Below are positions 27,751 to 39,636 of a stretch of DNA of 64,000 bases, piece by piece. Both the position numbers and the translations under genes were made by a program. The notes under the pieces were generated by a model that saw only the letters and a program-made list of their open reading frames with translations, made no database searches and was not told where the DNA came from. Position 1 is the stretch's first letter. Every line of letters begins with the position of its first letter. This DNA comes from Alphaproteobacteria bacterium (GTDB lineage Bacteria > Pseudomonadota > Alphaproteobacteria > SHVV01), in the NCBI GenBank assembly GCA_965261735.1, contig OZ253470.1, positions 3,232,001-3,296,000 of the forward strand, in the 5' to 3' direction.

Positions 27751-28673
27751 GCCCTCAGCCAGCGGCGCGGTAGGCTCCGCCGCTCCGAAGCACGGCCCAG
27801 ATGATCCGTGCGTTCTTGTTGGCGACGGCCACCGTGGCCCGGTTGAAGCCACGCCGCCGGTGAAGCTGGTTGACCCAGGTGTTGAAGGGATCCGCCTTTC
27901 CTGCCGCCGTGCGGACGACGGATCGGGCGCCATGCACGAGCAGGGATCTCAGGTGCTGGCTGCCGCGTTTGGAGATGCCGAGCAGGACGGTGCGCTGACC
28001 GCTGGAGTGCTGGCGTGGGACAAGCCCGACCCAAGCGGCGAGGTGGCGGCCGTTCTTGAACTCCGTACCATCGCCGATGGCGGCGATGACCGCGGTGGCG
28101 GTCTTGGGCCCCACCCCCTTGATGCGGGCGATCCGCTGGCAGTCCTCCGACGCGCGGAACACTCGCTCGATCTTCTTGTCGAAGCTGGCGATCCTGAGAT
28201 CCAGGTCCCTGAACAGGTCGTGGAGTTCGCCGATCGCCTCGCGGGCCAGGGCGGTCAACTCGTTCTCCTCATCGGTGAGGATCTCCGGAATCATCCGACG
28301 CGCCCTGGTGATGCTCTTTGGGAAGGCGATGCCGCGATCGAGCAGGAGCCCGCGGATCTGACTGACCACGGCGGTGCGGTGGTTGACCATGCGCTGACGA
28401 GCCCGATGCAGAGCCTGGATGTCCTGCTGCTCGATCGACTTCTTCGGCACGAAGCGCATGTGCGCCTGTCGGGCTTCTGGCGCCGCACGAAGGGCTTCAC
28501 GTATTGGGGGCTGATAATCTTCACCTTGTGCCCGAGCTCCTCGAACTTCCGTTGCCAATAAAAGGCCCCGGTGCAGGCTTCGATGGCGATGGTGCAGGGC
28601 TCGATCTGGACGATGACCTGGAGCAGCTGGTCGCGCATCACGCGACGCTTCAGAATGAGGCGGCCGTTACGGT

Positions 28674-30067
28674 GGTTGTGTCTCGAAAGTGGTGGAAATT
28701 GGTTTTGGCGCCTCTCCGAGCGGGTTGAGTTTTGCGGCGGTCAGGCTGCGCGGTCAAGGGTTTCGTCGGCGATTAGCTGATCGAGGGTTTCCCATCCATC
28801 GACTTTGCGCATCTGGATTTGGCCGGAAGCGAGGAGTGCCCAGAGGAGCATCGGCACTGTTTCGGGACACGGCAGCACGGTCTGTGTTTTGATCCGGCGC
28901 TTGAACTCCTCGTTGAGACGCTCAATGGCGTTGGTCGTTCGGGCTGATTTCCATTGGCTCTTGGACAGGCGCGTGAAGGTAAAGAGCTTGTCGCCCGCTT
29001 CTGCGAGGCTGTCCGCGACGGCCCTGCATTTCAGCCGCCACTTGCGGACAAACGCCTTGCGGCGGGTTTCCACCTCGGAGGCAGTGTCGGCATAGATCAT
29101 ATCGCGGTAATCTTCGCTCAGCTCGTCATGCATGTGTTTGGGAGCATGACCCAGAAGGTTGCGGTGCTTGTGCACGGTGCAGCGTTGAACGGGAAGGTCA
29201 TCGCCCCAAAGCGCCGACAGAGCCGCCTCCAGTCCCGGCGCGCCATCGACGATGACAAACCCGGGCCGTTTCAGTCCACGCGCATCAAGGTCGTCGAGGA
29301 ACTGGCGCCACGCCGCCTGGCTTTCTCCGCCCATATTCCCGATCGAAAGCAAGACCTTCTGGCCATCCCGGCGCACCCCTATAGCCGCGAGAACCGAGAT
29401 GTTGGTGGCCTTGCGGTCCAGTCGGGTCTTGATCACAGTGCCGTCAAGGATCAGCCGAACGATATCCTCATCCGCGAGGCCACGGCTGCACCAGGCGTCC
29501 CAATCGACCTTCACCTTGCGCCACGCCCGGCTCACAACGTCCTTGCTCACAGCACCCCGGAAGAGCCCGAACAGCGCGCGTTTCACCCGCCGCGTGTTGG
29601 TTCCGGACAGATACACCGAAGCGATCAGCGCCTCGGCCTTTCTGGTCAGCCGCTGGTAGCGCGGCAGCGCCCGCGAACGCCATTCCGACGCCCGACCGTC
29701 TTCCTCAACGATCCGCGCACGCGGCACGCTCACCCTCTCGGTCCCGAATGTCCCCGTCAGTTGCCGCTCCCGGTGCCCGTTCCGATACCCTTGCCGAAGC
29801 GCGTCCTCTCGACCGTATCGGCAGCGCCCGAGAAACTGCGCAAGTTCCTCCTCAAAAACGGCCTCGATCGTGGATCTGATGTTCTCCCGCAGCCGGTCCT
29901 CGAGCGGATCATAGCCGGCGTCATTGGCCAGTAGCGAAAGCGCGGAAGTCTCGGTAGTGTTCTTCATGGCGTGATCTCCTTGGCGGTGCTAGCCGCCGAT
30001 TGGGTGGTTGTCTTGTCACCCGGAGATTACGCCATCCTCAAATTTCCACCACTTTCGAGACACAGCC
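28674..30067 (-). mobile_element. IS256 type A, intact copy
   Basis: Same TIRs as 3832-6876; 8-bp TSD GTTACGGT at 28666-28673 and 30068-30075. Confidence 0.95.
28741..29967 (-). CDS. IS256-family transposase
   Basis: Same protein as 5583-6809 except QRC versus QHC. Confidence 0.95.
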   Translation of the reverse strand: MKNTTETSALSLLANDAGYDPLEDRLRENIRSTIEAVFEEELAQFLGRCRYGREDALRQGYRNGHRERQLTGTFGTERVSVPRARIVEEDGRASEWRSRALPRYQRLTRKAEALIASVYLSGTNTRRVKRALFGLFRGAVSKDVVSRAWRKVKVDWDAWCSRGLADEDIVRLILDGTVIKTRLDRKATNISVLAAIGVRRDGQKVLLSIGNMGGESQAAWRQFLDDLDARGLKRPGFVIVDGAPGLEAALSALWGDDLPVQRCTVHKHRNLLGHAPKHMHDELSEDYRDMIYADTASEVETRRKAFVRKWRLKCRAVADSLAEAGDKLFTFTRLSKSQWKSARTTNAIERLNEEFKRRIKTQTVLPCPETVPMLLWALLASGQIQMRKVDGWETLDQLIADETLDRAA

Positions 30068-30764
30068 GTTACGGTTGACGCCATGGAGTTGGAACACAGT
30101 CTTGGCGATATCGATGCCGAGTGTCTCGATGGTCATGGTCTCCTCCTCGATACGTTCAGGCCCTCAGGATGAAGCGGTGGAGGGAGAGCCGTCCATCCCA
30201 TTAGCTGGCGCAAGGAGTACGGCGGGATGAGCGGCGATCAGCGTCGCCGCCTCAAGGAGCTTGAGAAGGAGAACGAGCGGCTGCGCCGCGCGGTCTCGGA
30301 CCTGACGCTGAACAAGCAGATTCTCAAGGAGGCGGCCCGGGGAAACTTGTGAGCCCCTCGCGTCGTCGCCAGTGCATCGACCATGTCCGTGGCCGGCTCG
30401 GGATCTCGGAACGGTGTGCCTGCCGGGTGCTGGGGCAGCACCGCTCGACCCAGCGCCGTATCCCGCGCGGCCACGACGACGAGGATCGTCTGGTCGCGGA
30501 CATGATCGAGCTGGCTCGCCGCTATGGCCGTTACGGCTATCGCCGGATCGCGGCTCTGCTGCGCGACACCGGCTGGCAGGTCAAACGACAAGCGGGTCGA
30601 ACGCCTGTGGCGGCGCGAGGGGCTGAAGGTGCCCGGCAAGCAACCGAAGCGGGGCCGGCTCTGGCTCAACGACGTATCCTGCGTCCGGCTCCGCGCCGAG
30701 CGGGCCGACCATGTCTGATCCTATGACTTTGTGCATCACCGGACCCATGATGGCCGGGCCTTTC

Positions 30765-30970
30765 GTATCCGAGATAGTGGTAGCGGGCGACGAACTCGTT
30801 CCAGAGCTTGCTCTCCCGGGTGCCGCGCACGACGGGGCGCAGGTCGAGCGGACGGACCTCGCCGAGGGTCGTCGGGGCCGGGAACAGCGGCGGTTCGGTG
30901 TCCAGCCCGAAGACGATCGGCCCGGGCCGGTTCTGCTGTCCCTGCGGCGCCGGCAGGGCGATCAGACCGT
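30765..30970 (-). pseudogene. DUF4338-domain fragment (transposase-associated)
   Basis: LPAP...ESKLWNEFVARYHYLGY. Confidence 0.55.
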
Positions 30971-30994
30971 CCCTGTGCATGGCCAGCATGGCGG

Positions 30995-31154
30995 CCTGAC
31001 GCGCTCGTTCCGGCTCAACGCCTACAATCGCGCCTTCACGGTGGAGGGGTTCAGCCCGCAGGTCTCCGTTGTGCAGGAGGAGCGGACCTCGAACGCGCAG
31101 CTTCACGACTACAAGCGCATCTACGGCGAGCTGAGATTCGTGCGCCTGTTCTGA
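30995..31154 (+). pseudogene. Second Slam/DUF560 C-terminal fragment
   Basis: NRAFTVEGFSPQVSVVQEERTSNAQLHDYKRIYGELRFVRLF, paralog of 1650-1995. Confidence 0.65.
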
Positions 31155-32275
31155 CGCCATAGGACAGCGTAAGCCGGTCTTTCGGAGACCACCCAGCCCT
31201 TGGGAGGCGCGGCAAGCCTCCGCTCCCGTCGTGGCATGGGAACGCCGCGATGCCCTAGCGCAATACGGTTTAAGCATTGCCGAGGTGCCCAGGCGCACGG
31301 AGACCGTGGAGCGGAAGGCGATTGCTTGGCCATCTCAAGCCGGCGCGGAGGTGGCGCTACCTGTACGCAAGCAGAGCCTGCGAGTCCGTGATTGGCCGGC
31401 GACTTACATTCGCATGCTCCAATGCCGGCCCTTGCTCTGCTGCTGCTTTTCGGCCTTGCGCTCGGCGCGCTGTTGCCGCAACTCCCGGAGCTTGTCCGGA
31501 TCGTCGAGCAGACGGGCGACGCGCTCCTCGTGCATTCGGAGGCTCTCACCCTCGCGTTACCCTGCCAGGGTCGCCGCGAGATGGCGGTCGTCGTCTTCTA
31601 GCACTTCGCGCACCCGCGCGAGCGCTGAGCCGAGGCTCTCTTGCGCGTGCGCGATGTAATCGAGGTGGATGCCGTAATTACCCGGGTCGTCCATGAGTTC
31701 CTCGCAGCGGCCCACCGCAATGTCAGTCAAGTCCCGCCATGTGTCGTAGTCCTCATGGCCGGGAACCGCCACGCCCCGCTCGGCCGCCTCGGCCACCAGC
31801 GCCTCGCGGCGGTTCAGCCGGCCCGCCATGTATTCGCGGCAACTGTCGAAATAGTTGCGGTTCGACACTGCCTTGCCGAGCTGAGCGAGCACAGCGCTTA
31901 TCTCCGATTCGACGCCGCGATCCAGGAGCATGTTCTTGGAGACGGAGTCCAAATCCCCGTGCAGACGGTCGTAGCCATCCGTGTAGATGACATGGACGCC
32001 CTCCTCCGCGGCGCGCTCCACCTGACGGTTCCAGTCCCGCTTCAGTCCCTCCGATCGCTCCAGGGCCTTCCGCGCGAAGGTCGCGGTCCGCAGCCGATCG
32101 TGGTAGTCCTGCCCGCCAACGAGGTGGCCAATGGCGCGGCCGAAGCGGGAGAGCGCCGCCCGCACCGGCGCGCCGCTGCCGGACATGGCCCGCGCCGGGT
32201 CCGGCGTAGCGCCGTCATCCAATGCGAATCTGGGACCAGCCATGTGGAGGAACCGCTGGCGCCGCAGCTCGCGCG

Positions 32276-33724
32276 GGTCGTGTCCCAGGACGTGGTGTAG
32301 GAGTTGTTGGAGCCTCTGTTAGCTGTGGGTAGGCGGCTTGCCGTAGCGACCGCCGAGAGTCTGGCGTAGGCAAGCCGGCTATCCACAGCGGAGGCCATCG
32401 CGGTTCCGGTTTAGGGTTGGGCTAGTGCAAACCAACCTGACCCGAAGGAGAACCACGATGACCCAGGACATGATGACCCTGCGCGCGCTTTTGGAGAAGA
32501 GCTCCGATGCCGATCTGCTTTGCGAGATGATCGGCTTCACGGCCGAGCGGCTGATGGCACTGGAGGTTGAGGGCCTGACCGGCGCCGGGCACGGCGAGCG
32601 CTCGGCGGATCGTATCACCCATCGCAACGGCTACCGCGACCGGTCCTGGGAGACGCGGGCCGGCACGGTCGAGCTGAAGATCCCGAAGCTGAGGAAGGGA
32701 AGCTACTTCCCGGGCTTCCTGGAGCCGCGGCGGATGGCCGAGAAGGCGCTGGCTGCGGTGATCCAGGAGGCCTACATCCAGGGGGTGTCGACCCGCTCGG
32801 TCGACGATCTGGTTCAGGCGATGGGGATGTCGGGCGCCTCCAAGAGCCAGGTCTCCAGGCTGTGCGGCGAGATCGACGATAAGGTCAACGGCTTCCTCGA
32901 TCGACCGCTGGAGGGCGACTGGCCCTATCTGTGGCTCGACGCCACCTACGTGAAGGTGCGCCAGACCGGACGCATCGTCTCGGTCGCGGTGACCGTGGCT
33001 GTGGCCGTCAACGACCAAGGCCGCCGCGAGGTCCTGGGCGTGGCGATCGGCGCGTCGGAGGCCGAGACCTTCTGGACCGAGTTCCTGCGCTCGCTGGCCC
33101 GGCGCGGGCTGCGCGGCGTGAAGCTGGTGATCTCCGACGACCACAAGGGCCTGAAGGCCGCCGCGACCCGGATCCTCGGCGCCACATGGCAGCGCTGCCG
33201 CGTGCACTTCGCCCGCAACCTGCTGGCCCATGCCGGCCGCCAGGGCCGGCGCGTCGTCTCCGCCTTCGTCGCCACCGCCTTCGCCCAGGAGGACGCCGAC
33301 AGCGCGAAGGTCCAGTGGCGCCAGGTCGCCGACCAGCTCAGGCCCAAGGTGCCCAAGCTGGCAGTTCTCATGGACGAAGCCGAGCACGACGTCCTCGCTT
33401 ACATGAGCTTCCCCAGGGAGCACCGCCAGAAATTGCACTCCACAAACCCGATCGAACGGCTCCATGCCGAGGTCAAGCGTCGCACCAACGTCGTCGGTAT
33501 CTTTCCCAACGAAGCCGCCATCACACGGCTCGTCGGCGCCATCCTTCTCGAGCAGAACGACGAGTGGGCCGTCTCAAGGAGATACATGACGCTGGAATCC
33601 ATCGCTCCGCTGAGCGATGGTGTCCCCATCACGCTGCCCACCGTGGCAGCCTGAACGTCCCGGCCCTACCCGCCGGGAGCCGCGTAGAGCGCAACGCTCT
33701 TACACCACTCCGCGGGACACGATC
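32276..33724 (+). mobile_element. IS256-family element type B
   Basis: TIR GGTCGTGTCCC / GGGACACGATC; 8-bp TSD CTCGCGCG at 32268-32275 and 33725-33732. Confidence 0.95.
32458..33654 (+). CDS. IS256-family transposase
   Basis: [44 protein letters not shown]. Confidence 0.95.
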   Translation: MTQDMMTLRALLEKSSDADLLCEMIGFTAERLMALEVEGLTGAGHGERSADRITHRNGYRDRSWETRAGTVELKIPKLRKGSYFPGFLEPRRMAEKALAAVIQEAYIQGVSTRSVDDLVQAMGMSGASKSQVSRLCGEIDDKVNGFLDRPLEGDWPYLWLDATYVKVRQTGRIVSVAVTVAVAVNDQGRREVLGVAIGASEAETFWTEFLRSLARRGLRGVKLVISDDHKGLKAAATRILGATWQRCRVHFARNLLAHAGRQGRRVVSAFVATAFAQEDADSAKVQWRQVADQLRPKVPKLAVLMDEAEHDVLAYMSFPREHRQKLHSTNPIERLHAEVKRRTNVVGIFPNEAAITRLVGAILLEQNDEWAVSRRYMTLESIAPLSDGVPITLPTVAA

Positions 33725-34504
33725 CTCGCGCGCCTTCCGTTCGGCCAGTTCCTTGTCGTCGCCCCGGATCGCCCCGCGAAGGTCCGAAAGCGCTCTTGTC
33801 ATATGCGTTCCGGCCTCCACGATCCTGTCAAGGTGGACGCCATAAGTTCCCTTGCCGGAGAGGATGGCCTCGCCCGCCGCCGTCAGGCGCTCGGCCTCCT
33901 GCCGCCAGTCCGCGTAGGCCGGAACCCCGGTCAGCTCGATTTCCCGATCCGCCGCAACGTCCTGGAGGGAGGCGCGTGCCTCCATGTGCCGTTCCGCTTC
34001 GCCTGGATAGTCCAGGATATGTTTGCGGGTCGAGACAAATCGCTGGTGATTCTCAAGGACCTGGATCAAGGGCGCCCGCGACTTGGCCGGGATATCCGGG
34101 TTTTCCATCAGCTCCCGGATGCGCAAGATCATGTTCATGTAGCCCTTGGCGTAGAAAGAAGGCGCAAGGCGCGTGGGAGGATCGCGGCCACGGTCCCTGC
34201 TGCGGGAGGTAACAGGTGAACCCACACCGCCACTGAAGCCGCCGATTCGGAAGGCTTGACGACATGCCGGGCAGGCGCGTGGGACGCCGGGAAGGGGCAC
34301 AAAGGGCCGGAGACATGGATTCCGGATTGCGACGGAACGGACTGCGACTTCCGTGCCTGTGTCCAGGAGGGACGCCTCGGGGAAAACGCGCCATTGCGCA
34401 AGAAGCATGGCGCGGTCCGCGCGAACGGCGTAAGAAAGCCGCCGGGGAGAAACCGGAAAATCAGGCAGGCGAACCCGGCCTGGTGACGCCTGTCGGGAGC
34501 GGCC

Positions 34505-35284
34505 ATGCCGGAAAAGTCACGATCGCAGAGCTTGGCGGTTTTGATCGACGCCGACAATACCAGCGCGCGCCACGCGCACGCGATCTTCGAGGAGATCGTC
34601 AAGCTGGGCGAAGCCAACGTGCGGCGCATCTACGGTGATTTCTCGGGCACACGCCTTGCCGGCTGGAACAAGGAGATACAGTCGCTCGCAATTCTGCAGC
34701 ATCAGCAGCGCAGCAACACAACGGGCAAGAATGCCTCCGACATCGCGCTTGTGATCGACGCCATGGACCTGATGCACAAGGGCAAGCTCGACGGCTTTTG
34801 CCTCGTCAGTTCCGACAGCGACTTCACCCGTCTGGCGCAGCGTCTCAGAGAGGACGGACTCGTGGTCTACGGTTTCGGCGAGCGCAAGACGCCGGAGGCG
34901 TTTCGTAGCGCCTGCAACCGGTTCATCTATGTCGACAACCTGATGGAGGCCGGAGCGGACAAGGAGAACGGCGAGGTGGCGTCTCCGGCTGCGGCGAAGA
35001 AGGAGCCTCCATCAAAGGCCGTGAAGATCATCGCCAGGGCGATCGAGGACTCCGACGACTCCGACGATGACGGTTGGGTGAATCTCGGCGGCGTCGGTAG
35101 CCGGATTACCGGCGCGGCGCCGGACTTCGACGCGCGCACCTACGGGTGCCCGAACCTGAGCACGCTCGTCGCGAAATCCGGCGGTTTCGAGATCAGGAAG
35201 GGGCCGGGCGCAGCGGTTCATATCCGCCGCAAGGAGGCAGGCCGCAAGGCGGCGGGGAAAGCGGCGGCAGGTAGAGGCAAATGA
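34505..35284 (+). CDS. NYN (LabA/DUF88) domain protein with OST-HTH domain
   Basis: LIDADN, RRIYGD, GKNASDIALVIDAMD, SSDSDF, PDFDARTYG. Confidence 0.9.
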   Translation: MPEKSRSQSLAVLIDADNTSARHAHAIFEEIVKLGEANVRRIYGDFSGTRLAGWNKEIQSLAILQHQQRSNTTGKNASDIALVIDAMDLMHKGKLDGFCLVSSDSDFTRLAQRLREDGLVVYGFGERKTPEAFRSACNRFIYVDNLMEAGADKENGEVASPAAAKKEPPSKAVKIIARAIEDSDDSDDDGWVNLGGVGSRITGAAPDFDARTYGCPNLSTLVAKSGGFEIRKGPGAAVHIRRKEAGRKAAGKAAAGRGK

Positions 35285-36048
35285 GAGAAAGCGCCGGCTG
35301 CGGGCGAAGAGTTCTGGAGCGGGGTGGCGATTACACCGGTTTTGAGGGGACGCGGTCACACTCTTTCCTCGCGTTGAGGAAGTCAAGAAAGCCGTTGCCG
35401 GATCGTGTTCCCCGGCGACCGTGCCGGCCTTTCCATGAACAAGAACGCGCTCCACTATTTCTGGGTCAAGGTGGCATCGTCTCCGGCGCTTCGGGCAGGA
35501 CGGGGCAAATGTCACCGTCGAGCATGGCCTTGAAGCGCTCTGATCATCTGCACGGTGAACTCTCCGTCGTGCGGTGGTCGGGAACAACGACGATATCCTC
35601 CCCCGGACATCCGACCGCCGCCCCGCTCACGGCCCCACTCGGCCTCTCGGCGGCGCGGGATGCACCGGTCGGTGACGGCGGTAGCAGGGCGTCGCGATGC
35701 CGGACCGGCGCCAGTTCGCCGGAATCCCGACAAGTGATGTGCTCGAATATGGTGTGCTCACAGGGACACGGCGCGGGGTCGCGGCCGGTGCGGCTCACCC
35801 CGGCGGAACTGGGCGCCGATCCGCAGCCAGCCATTTCCGATCGTTCCCGGCCGAGGCTTGAACCCGATCCGGTTTCTGTCCATCGTGTCATTTCAATCAC
35901 ACCATCGCGGAGCCAGGTTCGGCGGCGCGGTTTCGCCGCCGAATCCCGGGGCGCATCGCGAGGAGGAACGGGCAATTCCTGCGCATTCCACCGCCGCCGA
36001 CCCGAACGCGGGCACTGGTCGGGGAGCGGATCTCCACCTGGCCGGGCT

Positions 36049-37155
36049 TGTTGGTAGCGACCGTAAATTTCCCATTTGTAACGACCCAAAATTTCTCACT
36101 TTGGGCTTGTCGCTGAAGGCGTCCCGGGCCGCTCTGTTGGCTTTGCCAACAGAGCGGGATCGGTGCGCGGATGTACAAATGGGAGACCAGGATGTTGTTG
36201 AAGCACTATCTGGACCGGGGTGTCTCGAAGGCGGAGCTGTCGAGGCGGTTCGGGGTGAACCGTCGGACGATCCACAATTGGGTCGATACCGGCCAACTGG
36301 ACCGGGATCTGGCGGCCGGTGCGCGAGGGTATTCGCCCCGTCCGCCGGTGGCCCACAAGCTGGACCCCTACAAGGCGATCATCGACGCCCGTCTTGAGGC
36401 GTTCCCGAAGCTGTCGGCGAAGCGGCTTTTCGATGAGGTCCGCGCTGCGGACTACCCGGGCTGCTACTCTCGCGTGAACGACTACGTGCGGGCGACGCGA
36501 CCGCGCGAACCGGTTGAATCGCTGGTCCGGTTCGAGACGCCGGCGGGGCGTCAGGGCCAGGTGGACTTCGGTACGTTCACGCTGCCCTGGGGCCGGCGCC
36601 ATGCCCTGGTGATCGTCCTCGGCTTCACCCGGCTGCTGTGGCTGCACTTCTATACTCGGCAGACCATGCCGGTCCTGATGGAAGGTCTGGAGAGCGCCTT
36701 CGACCGGTTCGGCGGGGTTCCGGAGGAGCTGCTGTTCGACCAGATGCGCGCCGTGGTGCTGTCCGACGACCGTGGGGCCGGCGGCGGCCTGGTGCTGAAC
36801 GAGGAGTTTCTGCGGTTCGCCGCGCACTGGGGGTTCATGCCGCGCTCGTGCCGACCCTATCGGGCCCAGACCAAGGGCAAAGTGGAGCGCCCGATCCGCT
36901 ACATCCGCGAGAGCTTCTTCTACGGCCGCTCGTTTGCGAATGACAACGATCTCAACGAGCAGGCCGTGCGCTGGCTGGAGGGCACAGCCAACGTCCGCCG
37001 GCATGCCACGACCGGGGAGCGTCCTGTCGACCGCTTCGAGCGCGACGAGCGAGCGGTGCTTCTCCCCTTGGCGAACCATCCCTATCGACGTCTCGGCGTC
37101 CGGCATGCTCCGGAGCCCGCGCCGCGGCGACTGCCGGCAACCGTGAAGGTCGAGT
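36049..37155 (+). mobile_element. istA: Truncated IS21-family element (istA from 36171; no istB)
   Basis: Left end TGTTGGTAGCGACCG with internal repeat; KLDPYK, RFETPAGRQGQVDFG, FDQM, TKGKVER. Confidence 0.85.
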
Positions 37156-37328
37156 CTCGCCCTGGCTGGCGGAGTTGGAGATCGGGAGCCTGGTCGGGGA
37201 TGCCGTCCATTGCACCGGCTTGCGTCCCGCCCGCGCCGATTTGGTGGAACGGCTGGATTGGGAGACTGCCGGAGCGTATCTGGAGAAGCTGGCCGGGCGC
37301 GCGGACGAGGAGTGCGCCGCGCTGCACA

Positions 37329-39636
37329 AAACCGGATATAGGGGAGCGCGCCATGGATGTTCTCGACCGCGCCGATCTCCCATTCCCGCATTCGCTACCC
37401 GAGTTCCAGCGACTTTTCCCCGATGATGCGGCCTGCGCCGCCTACCTGGAGAAAGCCCGCTGGGGAGACGGCTTTGCCTGCCCGCACTGCGGCACGGCGG
37501 GAGAGCCGTTCCACTTTGAAAACCGCCCTGGCGTCCTGCGCTGCCGCAAGTGCCGCCAGAACACCGGGCTGACGGTGGGAACAGTGATGGAGCGTAGCCA
37601 CACTCCGCTGAACGTCTGGTTCTGGGCCGCTTATCTGGTCGCCAGTCAGACGCCCGGCATGTCCGCCGTGCAGTTTCAGCGGCAACTTGGTCTTTCGCGC
37701 TACGAGACGGCCTTTCAAATTCTCCACAAGCTCCGCTCGGGCATGGTGCGGCCCAACCAAGACAGGATCGGTGGACAGCCCAAGAACCATGTTGAGGTGG
37801 ACGAAACCTGGGTTGGCGGGCGAACGCGTGGGGAAGGCCGTGGTGTTCACCACAAGGTTCCCGTCTCCTGTGCCATCGAGGTGCGTCATCGAAAGCCGGG
37901 CACCAAGCTCGACAACCGGAAAGACGGACGCTATGCCGGACGCGTTCGGCTCGCCGTCGTGCTCGACCGTAGCGCCGAGTCGCTCTGTGGGTTCGTCGAG
38001 AGCACCGTCGCGCCGCGATCGCTGATCGTTACTGACGATTGGAGCGGCTATGCTGGCCTCGGTAAGCGCGGCTATGAGCACTTCGCTGTTGCCGAGTGTG
38101 GTGGGTCGTGTCCCAGGACGTGGTGTAGGAGTTGTTGGAGCCTCTGTTAGCTGTGGGTAGGCGGCTTGCCGTAGCGACCGCCGAGAGTCTGGCGTAGGCA
38201 AGCCGGCTATCCACAGCGGAGGCCATCGCGGTTCCGGTTTAGGGTTGGGCTAGTGCAAACCAACCTGACCCGAAGGAGAACCACGATGACCCAGGACATG
38301 ATGACCCTGCGCGCGCTTTTGGAGAAGAGCTCCGATGCCGATCTGCTTTGCGAGATGATCGGCTTCACGGCCGAGCGGCTGATGGCACTGGAGGTTGAGG
38401 GCCTGACCGGCGCCGGGCACGGCGAGCGCTCGGCGGATCGTATCACCCATCGCAACGGCTACCGCGACCGGTCCTGGGAGACGCGGGCCGGCACGGTCGA
38501 GCTGAAGATCCCGAAGCTGAGGAAGGGGAGCTACTTCCCGGGCTTCCTGGAGCCGCGGCGGATGGCCGAGAAGGCGCTGGCTGCGGTGATCCAGGAGGCC
38601 TACATCCAGGGGGTGTCGACCCGCTCGGTCGACGATCTGGTTCAGGCGATGGGGATGTCGGGCGCCTCCAAGGAGCCAGGTCTCCAGGCTGTGCGGCGAG
38701 ATCGACGATAAGGTCAACGGCTTCCTCGATCGACCGCTGGAGGGCGACTGGCCCTATCTGTGGCTCGACGCCACCTACGTGAAGGTGCGCCAGACCGGAC
38801 GCATCGTCTCGGTCGCGGTGACCGTGGCTGTGGCCGTCAACGACCAAGGCCGCCGCGAGGTCCTGGGCGTGGCGATCGGCGCGTCGGAGGCCGAGACCTT
38901 CTGGACCGAGTTCCTGCGCTCGCTGGCCCGGCGCGGGCTGCGCGGCGTGAAGCTGGTGATCTCCGACGACCACAAGGGCCTGAAGGCCGCCGCGACCCGG
39001 ATCCTCGGCGCCACATGGCAGCGCTGCCGCGTGCACTTCGCCCGCAACCTGCTGGCCCATGCCGGCCGCCAGGGCCGGCGCGTCGTCTCCGCCTTCGCCC
39101 AGGAGGACGCCGACAGCGCGAAGGTCCAGTGGCGCCAGGTCGCCGACCAGCTCAGGCCCAAGGTGCCCAAGCTGGCAGTTCTCATGGACGAAGCCGAGCA
39201 CGACGTCCTCGCCTACATGAGCTTCCCCAGGGAGCACCGCCAGAAATTGCACTCCACAAACCCGATCGAACGGCTCCATGCCGAGGTCAAGCGTCGCACC
39301 AACGTCGTCGGTATCTTTCCCAACGAAGCCGCCATCACACGGCTCGTCGGCGCCATCCTTCTCGAGCAGAACGACGAGTGGGCCGTCTCAAGGAGATACA
39401 TGACGCTGGAATCCATCGCTCCGCTGAGCGATGGTGTCCCCATCACGCTGCCCACCGTGGCAGCCTGAACGTCCCGGCCCTACCCGCCGGGAGCCGCGTA
39501 GAGCGCAACGCTCTTACACCACTCCGCGGGACACGATCGTGTGGTGATCCAGAGGTTGCCGAGCAATACCTGCCGATCATCCATCTGGTTTTCGCCAACC
39601 TGAAGACGTGGCTGATCGGTATCCACCACGGCGTTA
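37329..39636 (+). mobile_element. Second IS1595 copy, lacking both ends and interrupted by IS256 type B
   Basis: Matches 14136-15001 on either side of the insertion. Confidence 0.9.
38104..39538 (+). mobile_element. IS256 type B, second copy with inactivated transposase
   Basis: TSD GTGTGGTG at 38096-38103 and 39539-39546; +1 G near 38672 and a 15-bp deletion near 39090 relative to copy 1. Confidence 0.93.

Larger units (their letters stand above)
27755..30136 (-). pseudogene. IS110/IS1111 recombinase, interrupted by IS256 and with a small internal deletion
   Basis: GIDIAK, IEAC, VKPFV...K, GVGP, GLVPRQHSSG, AVANKNAR; the D..DA segment after RRQK is missing. Confidence 0.9.
27503..30203 (-). 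mobile_element. IS110-superfamily, IS1111-type element
   Basis: Sub-terminal IR ATGGACGGCTCTCCC at both ends; no TSD; long non-coding segment downstream of the transposase. Confidence 0.9.
27316..30770 (+). mobile_element. Degenerate IS3-family (IS407-like) element interrupted by IS1111::IS256
   Basis: Left end TGATCCTCCCCC; orfA MARKRYKPED...TYY (27373-27502) resumes RWRKEYGG at 30204; orfB fragment from 30349. Confidence 0.85.
31170..34150 (-). pseudogene. Degraded large helical repeat protein interrupted by IS256 type B
   Basis: Recurring YG.HLD.I motif; reading continues across the IS. Confidence 0.55.

Noticed and set aside
30765-30970. Druantia defence system from the DUF4338 motif
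   Set aside because: Short fragment among IS debris with no partner genes
35285-36048. ORFs between the NYN gene and IS21
   Set aside because: No recognisable motifs or consistent coding pattern; left unannotated
36171-38150. 659-aa IstA-IS1595 fusion ORF as a novel transposase
   Set aside because: Chance in-frame junction of a truncated istA, an unrelated scrap and a broken IS1595 copy
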